Below, piece after piece: positions 53,106 through 60,877 of a stretch of DNA of 64,000 nucleotides. Where the stretch lies: positions 224,001-288,000 of the IMG/VR virus record IMGVR_UViG_3300033555_000001; one strand, given 5' to 3'. This stretch comes from a virus. Taxonomy: Duplodnaviria; Caudoviricetes. Numbering within the stretch: position 1 is the stretch's first letter; every line of letters begins with the position of its first letter. A model generated the notes under the pieces. That model was not told the origin of the DNA, ran no database searches, and saw only the letters and a list, made by a program, of their open reading frames with translations. The position numbers and the translations under genes are program-made.

Positions 53106-53519
53106 ATGAGCGTTATAGCTAACTTTGTGAATCGTTTATTTCCGTCTTTGGCGCATCATTTTGCTTCATCGTGCACGCTGCAGGTTTCAAAAGCAAATGC
53201 TCAGCAGCTTGAGGCTCTTGATATTGACAAGATACACATTGAATACCGGCCAATCATTGGCGCTCTAGTTCCACGCTTTTATTGGGGTGAAGGTGAAGGT
53301 GATCACTTTCTACCCGACGGTTATTTGCATTTGCCGACGGTTCCAATGATCATAACGCGGAAGGGGCAAAACAGCTATTCAGTCCGCGCTTTTAAAGAAC
53401 ATCAATCGATGAGCGCTGTGGAGTTTAATGGTTTTATCGCTCAGCTGATTATAGATGCAATTACCACGATCAATTATAAAAATTACCTGTTCGACAAACA
53501 CGCGACAAAAACCTGGTAA
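53106..53519 (+). CDS. hypothetical protein
   Basis: GGGA RBS. Confidence 0.65.
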   Translation: MSVIANFVNRLFPSLAHHFASSCTLQVSKANAQQLEALDIDKIHIEYRPIIGALVPRFYWGEGEGDHFLPDGYLHLPTVPMIITRKGQNSYSVRAFKEHQSMSAVEFNGFIAQLIIDAITTINYKNYLFDKHATKTW

Positions 53520-53689
53520 TTTTCCCGGACGGCTCTAAACTTACCGGCGCAACTGAACAAAAAATGGATACGGTGTTTGCGGTTACAAAATAACCAGTAC
53601 CTGTTAGTAACCTGAACTAATTTTATTTGATTCTGAAAACTGTATTAATATACAAGAGTACTAAAGATTAACCAACCACTGGAGTTAAC

Positions 53690-54040
53690 ATGAAGCACTA
53701 GATTGAAAATCAGAAAACATATTTGTACGCAATCTCTCGCCGAGATATTCCTCTCGCGCAACAGGGAATTCAAGCAGCTCATGCTGGAATTGAATTTGCC
53801 TATCAGTACGGTCGCCCTGCCGATCACCATTCCTCGTATATTCATTTAACTGTTCGCAACAAAGAACACCTTGAGCATCTCTGTGCGCAGCTTTTGGCGT
53901 GCGGCCAGCGTACGGCTGAATTCCACGAGCCATATCAAGATTGGGGCTTAACCGCAATTGCAACAATTTTAACAGAAGAAAATCGCCATTTACTTAAAGG
54001 CCTACAACTGTGGCGCCTACCAACTCAGGAGCAATCATGA
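53690..54040 (+). CDS. peptidyl-tRNA hydrolase 2 (Pth2)-like protein with in-frame TAG at codon 4
   Basis: GGAG-N5-ATG AAG CAC TAG ATT GAA... in frame with Y.ISRRDI...Q.IQAAHA...L.V....F.EP...GLTAIA. Confidence 0.75.
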
Positions 54041-54477
54041 ACTATACAATTGTAGCACACAGGGAAACTGATTCAGGTACTGACCGACGCGGTGATTACT
54101 ATCGTAACCCTGGCGATTTTTATTTTAGAGCATTTCAAGAAGATCAAAAAGGCGAGTTCATCAGCAAGTGGGCTGAGTTTAGTCTTGAAAATAATCACGA
54201 TGATTTACACGTTATGATTAACGGGCTGACAGAGGATGAATTCGCCGGCAGCACTGATCCGCTGGATGTTGCCAAATATTCTGAATTTGCAGCCATTACA
54301 GAATTAATGTATCTGAAGCGAGCGGTGCTTCATCATGAGCGTGCAGCAAAAGAAGCCGGTCGGCTGGGCCGTGAGACTGCTCAAAAAGCGGTGAATGAAA
54401 TTAAAAACAAGCTTGTTGCTCGCCAACAGGCTGAAGCTGAAATAATCAGATTACAAAACTCGCTGAGGAACCTATGA
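54037..54477 (+). CDS. hypothetical protein
   Basis: ATG 54037 with AGGAG RBS. Confidence 0.7.
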   Translation: MNYTIVAHRETDSGTDRRGDYYRNPGDFYFRAFQEDQKGEFISKWAEFSLENNHDDLHVMINGLTEDEFAGSTDPLDVAKYSEFAAITELMYLKRAVLHHERAAKEAGRLGRETAQKAVNEIKNKLVARQQAEAEIIRLQNSLRNL

Positions 54478-55025
54478 AAATTACACTGAACCAAAATCCG
54501 CTGCACGCAGTTGTAGAACTAGATGAGCGTGAAATTGCAGCACTTAGACAAAAGCTGATCATTGCTGATCTCGAAGACAGATTGGCTGAAGCCAGCTTTA
54601 GATTAACGGACGGAAAATATTTTAACCTCGAACTAGCTCGCAAATCTACCAAGCTTAGCTTTCTAGATGAAGACGGTGCTACCGGTGAACACGCTCAGGA
54701 GATTGATAGGCGCCTCAAGTACTATGTTGAGGCACTCACTGAGGTGCACGGTGGTGACTGCACGTGTATTCCGGCCTCATGTATGAAGTGCCATGCTGAA
54801 GAGATGCTTGGAATTGACACCGCACCGTACAGCAAGCACACTGGTAATTCTATTCAGTCTGCGTTTAGTAAACCTGGCACTACACTTGATGAAGCAATTG
54901 AGGTACTCCGCACGCCCATTGAGCCACAGAAAGGTTATGAACAGCACTTGGCGCGGTGGAATGTTCAAAGGGCACAGGCACTAATTGCCTTACTTGAACA
55001 CCAGAAAATGCTATCTGTCACCTAA
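54474..55025 (+). CDS. hypothetical protein
   Basis: H.GDCTC.P.SC.KC.AE Cys cluster. Confidence 0.75.
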   Translation: MKITLNQNPLHAVVELDEREIAALRQKLIIADLEDRLAEASFRLTDGKYFNLELARKSTKLSFLDEDGATGEHAQEIDRRLKYYVEALTEVHGGDCTCIPASCMKCHAEEMLGIDTAPYSKHTGNSIQSAFSKPGTTLDEAIEVLRTPIEPQKGYEQHLARWNVQRAQALIALLEHQKMLSVT

Positions 55026-55124
55026 TGCCTCTATAACGCGCTGTTTAGAAAAAGGACTATAATGTTATCTACAACAATATACCACGTATCACACATCACA
55101 AAAAATACCACAGGGAGAAATAGC

Positions 55125-55406
55125 ATGCAATTTACCACAAGAGAAGAATACCTGGCAGCAGTTGCGGCATGGAAACTAGAATACGCCAGTCTCGGCGCTG
55201 AAATACGTGCTCACCGAGAAGAGTTTAAAATGACCCAGCGTATCTTGTCAAGAGATGGAAGTAATTTTGGGCGCAACTTTGTGGCTATGTGGGAAGCCAC
55301 CCTAAAAATGGGCGGGCTGCGGCAAAGAGCGACCGAGCTTCTTGAAGACCGGGCTGCCAGTAAAAAGGCCTCTTATTCAGCGTACCTACAAAGTCTGCTG
55401 CCGTGA
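55125..55406 (+). CDS. hypothetical protein
   Basis: ATG 55125 with GGGAG RBS. Confidence 0.7.
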   Translation: MQFTTREEYLAAVAAWKLEYASLGAEIRAHREEFKMTQRILSRDGSNFGRNFVAMWEATLKMGGLRQRATELLEDRAASKKASYSAYLQSLLP

Positions 55407-55480
55407 TCCCGAAATCTTGACGAGTGCTCCGCGGGATAGGCGTATAATCAATCATGCCTTATTTCTAACGGGCAATAAAA

Positions 55481-55786
55481 ATGAATCAGCAAAACGAACG
55501 AGTTTGGTATACCGCAAAGCTGCTCCCGGCAGCGCAGGCAATTTTTACTGAGGGTTTTTACCCTGAACCCAAGGCTCGTACGGGTAATCAATATGTGTAC
55601 TTTACCCAAATCGATCCCACGCCGCTGAACGCCAAAGTGCTTGTTGCCTCGCGCCTGGCAGAGAATTCATTTCGCATGCTGACTGCTGACTTGGCAAAAT
55701 TTTGTCTTGAGCCCGGCGAAAAAGCAACTCGCGCCGAAATGAAGCAGTTAAACGAACTCAGCGCGCACCTAGAAAGAAATGTCTAA
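55481..55786 (+). CDS. hypothetical protein
   Basis: 101-aa ORF. Confidence 0.65.
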   Translation: MNQQNERVWYTAKLLPAAQAIFTEGFYPEPKARTGNQYVYFTQIDPTPLNAKVLVASRLAENSFRMLTADLAKFCLEPGEKATRAEMKQLNELSAHLERNV

Positions 55787-56297
55787 TACCGGGCGCCATC
55801 TTTTTATAGATTTAGAGGATACCGTCATTGAGCCGGTACTCAACGGCTGGGGGCGCACAGCTCTCTTGAACATCGAAAAAGTAAAGCGCTTTATCAAAGA
55901 ATTTAAACCAAATACCGTTAACATCTTTTCGTTTGCTATTTGGAATACAGCAGAACTTGATAAGTTTAATACACTGTGCCGCCCTGGATTAGAACAGGCA
56001 CTTGGCATTAAATTTAACGCAATTCCTACAGTAGATGACGACATTATTCCGATGTGCTGTAACGTGCTGGGCATTGGCCAGGGCGCTGTTGACTTTGACG
56101 ACTGCAGCACTTTCTGGGGAAAGCACGAGGCGTTCAGATTGAATATGCGTCACCTGGCCAAGGCTTCACAGAGACCACTTGAGGTTGCATTTCTGGATGA
56201 TGCAGTTTTTAACGAGAACTTTGAGTGGCCTGATCTGAAAATTTCCGGTCGTATAATCAATATTGATCTGATGCCTGATTGCGAGAGCGCTGCATGA
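55779..56297 (+). CDS. HAD-superfamily-like protein
   Basis: LFIDLEDTVI motif I, AFLDD motif IV. Confidence 0.55.
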   Translation: MSNTGRHLFIDLEDTVIEPVLNGWGRTALLNIEKVKRFIKEFKPNTVNIFSFAIWNTAELDKFNTLCRPGLEQALGIKFNAIPTVDDDIIPMCCNVLGIGQGAVDFDDCSTFWGKHEAFRLNMRHLAKASQRPLEVAFLDDAVFNENFEWPDLKISGRIINIDLMPDCESAA

Positions 56298-56851
56298 AAA
56301 CCTTTATTTTTGCTGCCTGTGTGCTGGCTGCTCCTGTTGCGCAGGCACAGCTGAGTGCTATCGCCCAGTATGATTTTAACAGGCAAGGTTCGCGGTCATG
56401 GACTGAAACCGCGCTTGGTATTGCGTTTGATACTGAGGTGGGCCGGGTGGACGCATCATTTATTAAAAACAGCGGCTTGCCCAATCAATCAACTGACGCG
56501 CACGGCTTTGAGCTTGGCTACAGCACGCAGCTTGACACAGCACTTGGTGCAGTAACCGGCCGGGTAGGATTTGGCCGCCGAAATTTAATTGACGGTAACC
56601 TTGGCTCTTTTACCGCAGTGCACCGGTATTACACGCTGAGTCTGGAACACAGCGCCGCGTTGTCCTCTAACATTAACACGTTTATTAATTTCAGACATCG
56701 TAATGGGCTTAACTCCGCGCCAGTAGATAACAGGCTCTCTGCAGGCTTTGATTTCTCTGTTGCCAGTATTACTGCCAGATTAGGCTATGGGGTAACCCGA
56801 TCAAGCAGCACCTCGCACGGCATACACACCTCAATCTCTTATAACTTTTAA
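56294..56851 (+). CDS. outer-membrane beta-barrel protein
   Basis: Signal peptide MKTFIFAACVLAAPVAQA, alternating amphipathic strands, terminal ISYNF. Confidence 0.7.
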   Translation: MKTFIFAACVLAAPVAQAQLSAIAQYDFNRQGSRSWTETALGIAFDTEVGRVDASFIKNSGLPNQSTDAHGFELGYSTQLDTALGAVTGRVGFGRRNLIDGNLGSFTAVHRYYTLSLEHSAALSSNINTFINFRHRNGLNSAPVDNRLSAGFDFSVASITARLGYGVTRSSSTSHGIHTSISYNF

Positions 56852-56860
56852 GGACTCAAC

Positions 56861-57169
56861 ATGGACATCAGATCTTTTAAACTTACTACTGGCGAAGAGC
56901 TTGTTGCGCAATTACTTCAAGAAACAAGCCGCGGATTCCTGGTAAAGAGCCCGCTGATTGTGCACATGATGCGCACTCCAGAGGGTCCTACTTTGGCGTT
57001 TGCACAGTGGTCACTGGTTCAAAAGCAGGGTGTAGAAGTCGAGTTACTTACTAGCGCGCTGGTGTCAGCTCCAGTCCAGTTACTGGATGAAGTATCAGAC
57101 AGCTATCTCCAGCAGACTACTGGAATTGCCCTGCCTCCAAAAGGCGGCAGCCAGATTTTGCTGAGCTAA
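56861..57169 (+). CDS. Sm-like fold protein
   Basis: FKLTTGEELVA....L.VK.PL...LAFAQW pattern of phage Sm-like proteins. Confidence 0.55.
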   Translation: MDIRSFKLTTGEELVAQLLQETSRGFLVKSPLIVHMMRTPEGPTLAFAQWSLVQKQGVEVELLTSALVSAPVQLLDEVSDSYLQQTTGIALPPKGGSQILLS

Positions 57170-57170
57170 C

Positions 57171-57509
57171 ATGGCTGATATTAAAATGCTGGTTGCTGAG
57201 ACCATTAAGCACTTGACAATTTTAGACGATGCGCACGGTACTGATGTGACGGATTTTCTGGAGAGTAGTATTAATGAGGCCAAAGACACCGGCCTGATGG
57301 ACGATCCTGTAGAAGCTGCAGAGTTTTTAGGTGAAGCTGTTGAATACACACCTGCGCAGCAGCGACAAAATCTGGCGAATTTTTTTGACGAGCAATTAAT
57401 AACTTTGGAGGCGGAGAGCCTGTGCAGAACTAGTGAACAACTAGAGCTGTGTCAAAAGCTCTTTTCATACCTGGTTGACCTCCTCAGCCCACCGCAGAAA
57501 TCAGGTTAA
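57171..57509 (+). CDS. acidic hypothetical protein
   Basis: 112-aa ORF. Confidence 0.65.
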   Translation: MADIKMLVAETIKHLTILDDAHGTDVTDFLESSINEAKDTGLMDDPVEAAEFLGEAVEYTPAQQRQNLANFFDEQLITLEAESLCRTSEQLELCQKLFSYLVDLLSPPQKSG

Positions 57510-57586
57510 CATTAAAGCAAATAGTATAAATAGAAATATAGTACGCGAGCGGCATCCTGCCACCCGCACATTTAAAAGGGCTTATC

Positions 57587-57766
57587 ATGGTCTCTATTGT
57601 CTTTACTCTTATTGTTATTGGCGTCTTGCTGTACTTGGTTGAGCGGTTTATTCCAATGGACGCTTCCATCAAAAACATCATTCGCATCGTTGTAGTTGTT
57701 GGTGTTGTCATTTGGCTGTTGCAAGTACTTGGTATCATCAGCGGCATGCCGCGCTTTGGCGGGTAA
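57587..57766 (+). CDS. small two-TM membrane protein (Thivi_2564-like, 59 aa)
   Basis: Not in the track; IVIGVLLYLVERFIPMDASIKNIIRIVVVV; TATAAATA at 57525-32. Confidence 0.65.
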   Translation: MVSIVFTLIVIGVLLYLVERFIPMDASIKNIIRIVVVVGVVIWLLQVLGIISGMPRFGG

Positions 57767-57792
57767 CAACCCGAATTAAACTTTGAAAGAAG

Positions 57793-57822
57793 TTTACACG
57801 TTTGCTAAATAAGTGCTATAAT
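57793..57822 (+). promoter_or_regulatory. sigma70-like promoter for the tRNA cluster
   Basis: TTTACA-N18-TATAAT. Confidence 0.55.
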
Positions 57823-58198
57823 GCTCTTGTAGCAGATTAATTGATTTACCCGCGGATCTCCGGTCCGCTCTCTTAACTAGGATTATGAATACACTTAGCA
57901 CATTACTAGCCGCGATATCAGGGACGAGTTTACTCGCCTCAATGTCACCCAGCGCGAGCACATATCCGCGAGTAAGGACTCTCAGCTAAAAATCATAATT
58001 TGATTACAGCCTCGAGGGTCCTGATGAAAGTCACGACCCTCGAGTTGCATCCGAAAGAAATTGCTGGACCTGGCGAAATAAATTGTACATGTAATAGAAG
58101 TAGAGTTATAATGAATCTCTGAACGCTGCGAACAACATCCAGCGAGTAACAAGATCTTTAACAACTTAGAACACTATTTGAGACTTAGAGATAGGTCT

Positions 58199-58327
58199 CA
58201 TTTCAAAGCAGTTTTACACTGTGGTGCGAGTACGGCTGATAGCCAAATGTCTGCACCATGTTGAATCTTCTGCCAAAGATGATCCGCTGCCTGGCAGGGC
58301 TATGGTTAGTTTAACTGCTTTGAAATG
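58199..58327 (+). ncRNA. unassigned structured RNA with pseudoknot
   Basis: 15-bp closing stem, internal stems, CTGCCA/TGGCAG loop pairing. Confidence 0.5.
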
Positions 58328-58334
58328 AAAATAT

Positions 58335-58421
58335 GTTGTATCGTCAGAGTTGGAGAGCTGAAGCGGTCTGTAAAATCGTTCGCGCACGCGTGAGTAGGTT
58401 CGAATCCTACATACAACACCA
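58335..58421 (+). tRNA. tRNA-Tyr(GTA)
   Basis: GTTGTAT/ATACAAC, CT-GTA-AA, long variable arm, ACCA. Confidence 0.88.
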
Positions 58422-58479
58422 GATTATTTGGTAGATGCGAAAATGCAAAAACCGCGGAGTAAAAATTAAAGGAAAATAA

Positions 58480-58713
58480 ATGAATATCTTAAGTCTACAA
58501 GAACAAATCTTAAGTCTACAAGAACACAGAGATGGTTTCTACGTGGTGAGTAACGTGGTGAGTGATGACGTTGGCGACACGATTTGCGTTACTGTTTTCA
58601 GACACAACGGTGAAAAATGGGTACGAAAAATTGGTTACCCAGGTGTTTTACCAACTCTTCCATTTGTTGATATAATGATGAATGAAGATCCACAACTTAA
58701 GACTTACGACTAG
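58480..58713 (+). CDS. hypothetical protein with internal 21-bp duplication (58486-58526)
   Basis: AAGGA RBS; ILSLQEQ ILSLQEH. Confidence 0.55.
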   Translation: MNILSLQEQILSLQEHRDGFYVVSNVVSDDVGDTICVTVFRHNGEKWVRKIGYPGVLPTLPFVDIMMNEDPQLKTYD

Positions 58714-58770
58714 AATTTTGCCAAGCGAGTAGCTCTCACTTGACGAATGTCGGGAGTAATTACCCTGACG

Positions 58771-58866
58771 AACTCTAAAGCTGATGAAATGGTAAACGTG
58801 GCTCCGATCAGGAGCCGAGCACACCGCAAGGTCCTCTTACAGGTTCGAGTCCTGTCCACCAGAGTT
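58771..58866 (+). pseudogene. degenerate Leu/Ser-type tRNA-like element
   Basis: Class-II D-loop and perfect T-arm, but 5-nt anticodon loop and mismatched acceptor. Confidence 0.5.
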
Positions 58867-58880
58867 CAATGAGATTTTAA

Positions 58881-58976
58881 CCGTACTGATGAGCTCTGTA
58901 GAGAGCGAAACGAACAGTGAACAGCCGATCGAGCGCTTGGTGGCAGCTCTCGACGCAGTAGCTGTCTCGTATACGG
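58881..58976 (+). ncRNA. type I hammerhead ribozyme
   Basis: CCGTA-CTGATGA-GCTCT/AGAGC-GAAA-CGA...TCG-TA-TACGG; cleavage predicted after 58971 (GUA). Confidence 0.85.
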
Positions 58977-59046
58977 GCTTGCCTAATGGGTAGGGAAACG
59001 CACTTGCAATGCGATGCTAGGAGATCGTTACTCCTCAGGTCCACCA
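58975..59046 (+). tRNA. tRNA-Ala(TGC), atypical
   Basis: GGGCTTG/CAGGTCC with G3-U70, CT-TGC-AA, ACCA; D region about 3 nt short. Confidence 0.65.
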
Positions 59047-59055
59047 GAATTTATT

Positions 59056-59141
59056 GTTGTTTTAGCTTAAGAAGAGCGTCGGGTCTGCCAATATTATTGG
59101 TGGACCGGGAGGAGTAGGTTCAAGTCCTACAGACAGCACCA
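59056..59141 (+). tRNA. tRNA-Gly(GCC)-like with 12-nt insertion in the anticodon loop
   Basis: GTTGTTT/AGACAGC, T-arm GTAGG/CCTAC, CT-GCC-A then insert. Confidence 0.45.
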
Positions 59142-59154
59142 GTTTTACAATTAA

Positions 59155-59228
59155 CAGAGATTATGATAGTGGTAGTCGTCCTCGTCTGGACCGAGGAAGC
59201 GGAAATTCGATTTTTCCATCTCTGACCA
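59155..59228 (+). tRNA. tRNA-Pro(TGG)
   Basis: CAGAGAT/ATCTCTG (C1-G72, A73), TC-TGG-AC. Confidence 0.78.
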
Positions 59229-59494
59229 ATTTTTACTACAGCACCTATTGTTCTGCACTCGCAAGAGTGGTCAGTAGCATCTGCCGAGGGTAATAATGTC
59301 AGTGAGAGTTGGTACTCTCTAGGGGTGAAAGAAGATGGTGGAACCAACTGCGACATGTGGAATGAGGCATGCGAGCGTTTCAAATCTCCTCAAAGTTAAG
59401 TCACTCACCAAGTGACAAATCTTTCTAGGGTGAAAAATCGCGCGTATCTAACGGATTTAGTAACCTCGGTCTGGTGTAATGCCAGTCAGAATAT

Positions 59495-59567
59495 GCAGGA
59501 TTTCTCCTGAGAGAGAACTCACCCTTCCAAGGTGATGGACCTGGTTTGAATCCAGGATCCTGCTCCA
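59495..59567 (+). tRNA. tRNA-Gly(TCC)
   Basis: GCAGGAT/ATCCTGC, CT-TCC-AA, U73-CCA; D-loop atypical. Confidence 0.78.
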
Positions 59568-59772
59568 CTATTAGAAGGATGGTGAGGTCGCACCTCACAA
59601 AGTCTCGGCTACTATAACTGCGCCGTCGGTTATTTTAAGGCGGCAAATAGAGACACCGGATCAAATCTTCGACCTAGTTGATCTACACAATCACACAAGT
59701 TAGTTCACTCTAAAGAACTGATTTGCTTAGCAGGTTTCGGTTCCCTGAGCTTGATAAAACCGTCAGATCAAC

Positions 59773-59849
59773 AGCGGGTTAGAGAAGAAGTCATCTCGCC
59801 GGCCTCATAAGCCGGAAATCACGTGGAGCATTTCCCGTACCCGCTACCA
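59773..59849 (+). tRNA. tRNA-Met(CAT)
   Basis: AGCGGGT/ACCCGCT, CCGGC-CTCATAA-GCCGG; atypical T-loop. Confidence 0.8.
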
Positions 59850-59936
59850 ATATGTTAACCTGCAATACTAGTAATAGTTTACGCGTTTTATTGTATAATT
59901 ACTCATCTTACTGCAGCGCTAACTAGGAGAAATACC

Positions 59937-60122
59937 ATGGCCGAAGGACAAGCAACAAAGGAAGCAACGCCGCCGCGTCTCAAGCTTCCAAAGAACTACA
60001 AGTGTTCCAAAGAGCTCAAGACTATTTTTGCCCTTTGTAATTTGTCAGGCGGTGAGAAGCGCGCCATGATGGTGGCACACGCTGCTTCGCTGGTCAAGCA
60101 AGTAACACGCGTTAAGTCGTAA
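59937..60122 (+). CDS. small basic protein
   Basis: AGGAG RBS; promoter TATAATTACTCATC at 59894. Confidence 0.7.
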   Translation: MAEGQATKEATPPRLKLPKNYKCSKELKTIFALCNLSGGEKRAMMVAHAASLVKQVTRVKS

Positions 60123-60134
60123 TACGGGGAAATT

Positions 60135-60443
60135 ATGAAGCACTTACTTTTAGCACTGTGTTTACTCCCAGGTATCTCTAGTGCTTCAACCTTTAGTAAT
60201 GAGGCAGTACCAGTACATGTGTCATGTGTTAGCAATTTAAAATCCGCGCATTGCGTGCTTGAGAATAAATTAGCTAAGCAAATTACCTGTGAAATACTTG
60301 TCAGCGCTGTTACCACTCATGTGGTACTCCGTAAAAGGGTATTTCAGAACATTCAACCAGGATACTTTGCTACCGTTCAAGTTCTTGCCACACCTGGCAC
60401 AGCGCTTAAACACTCTACTGGAACTGCACTCTGTATTTTGTAA
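60135..60443 (+). CDS. putative secreted Cys-containing protein
   Basis: Signal peptide MKHLLLALCLLPGISSA. Confidence 0.7.
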   Translation: MKHLLLALCLLPGISSASTFSNEAVPVHVSCVSNLKSAHCVLENKLAKQITCEILVSAVTTHVVLRKRVFQNIQPGYFATVQVLATPGTALKHSTGTALCIL

Positions 60444-60461
60444 AAGTTAAAACCGAATAAA

Positions 60462-60538
60462 GCCGGGCTGGCGCAATTGGCAGACGCGTATGCCTTAGGA
60501 GCATAATGTTCTCGGTTCGAGTCCGAGGTCCGGCACCA
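60462..60538 (+). tRNA. tRNA-Leu(TAG) with short variable loop
   Basis: GCCGGGC/GTCCGGC, CT-TAG-GA, 5-nt variable region. Confidence 0.82.
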
Positions 60539-60542
60539 ATAT

Positions 60543-60681
60543 GGATATCCCGGGATGGGGAATAATTAAGCAAGTAATTTAACCGGCGTTATTTCCGAGA
60601 GAATTACTTGGTGCGCACGTGACGACGTGTTAGCGACAAGTCTTAATTTTTCTAGCGGTTCAAGTCCGCTAATATCCGCCA
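60543..60681 (+). ncRNA. tRNA-like RNA with a branched insert replacing the anticodon loop
   Basis: GGATAT/ATATCC-GCCA acceptor, AGCGG-TTCAAGT-CCGCT T-arm, AATTAAG/CTTAATT stem. Confidence 0.55.
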
Positions 60682-60801
60682 AATTCGCCGAATGTGGTAG
60701 GCGTTTTCAGCGGAGTAACGTTCGAAGCTGATAGCTAAGTCAAAAACAACTCTTCGGGATTATCAGACTAAATCTCAATAAATTCTAGTACCAGAATAAA
60801 T

Positions 60802-60877
60802 GCCGGTTTAGCTCAGTTGTTAGAGCGTCTGATTTGTAATCAGGATGTCGTGGGTTCGAATCCTGCAACCGGCACCA
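60802..60877 (+). tRNA. tRNA-Thr(TGT)
   Basis: Canonical cloverleaf, TT-TGT-AA. Confidence 0.92.

Noticed and set aside
53490-53593. Programmed frameshift extending ORF 53106-53519
   Set aside because: A short open alternative frame exists (KNLVIFPDGS...), but there is no in-frame X XXY YYZ slippery site or stimulatory structure.
58011-58044. Second hammerhead (CTGATGA inside a perfect 10-bp stem CTCGAGGGTC/GACCCTCGAG)
   Set aside because: Only AAGTCAC follows the core, leaving no room for stems II and III; treated as a plain hairpin or collapsed relic.
59602-59654. Twister or pistol ribozyme
   Set aside because: Lacks the twister CCCAAGC loop, and the strand order does not fit pistol.
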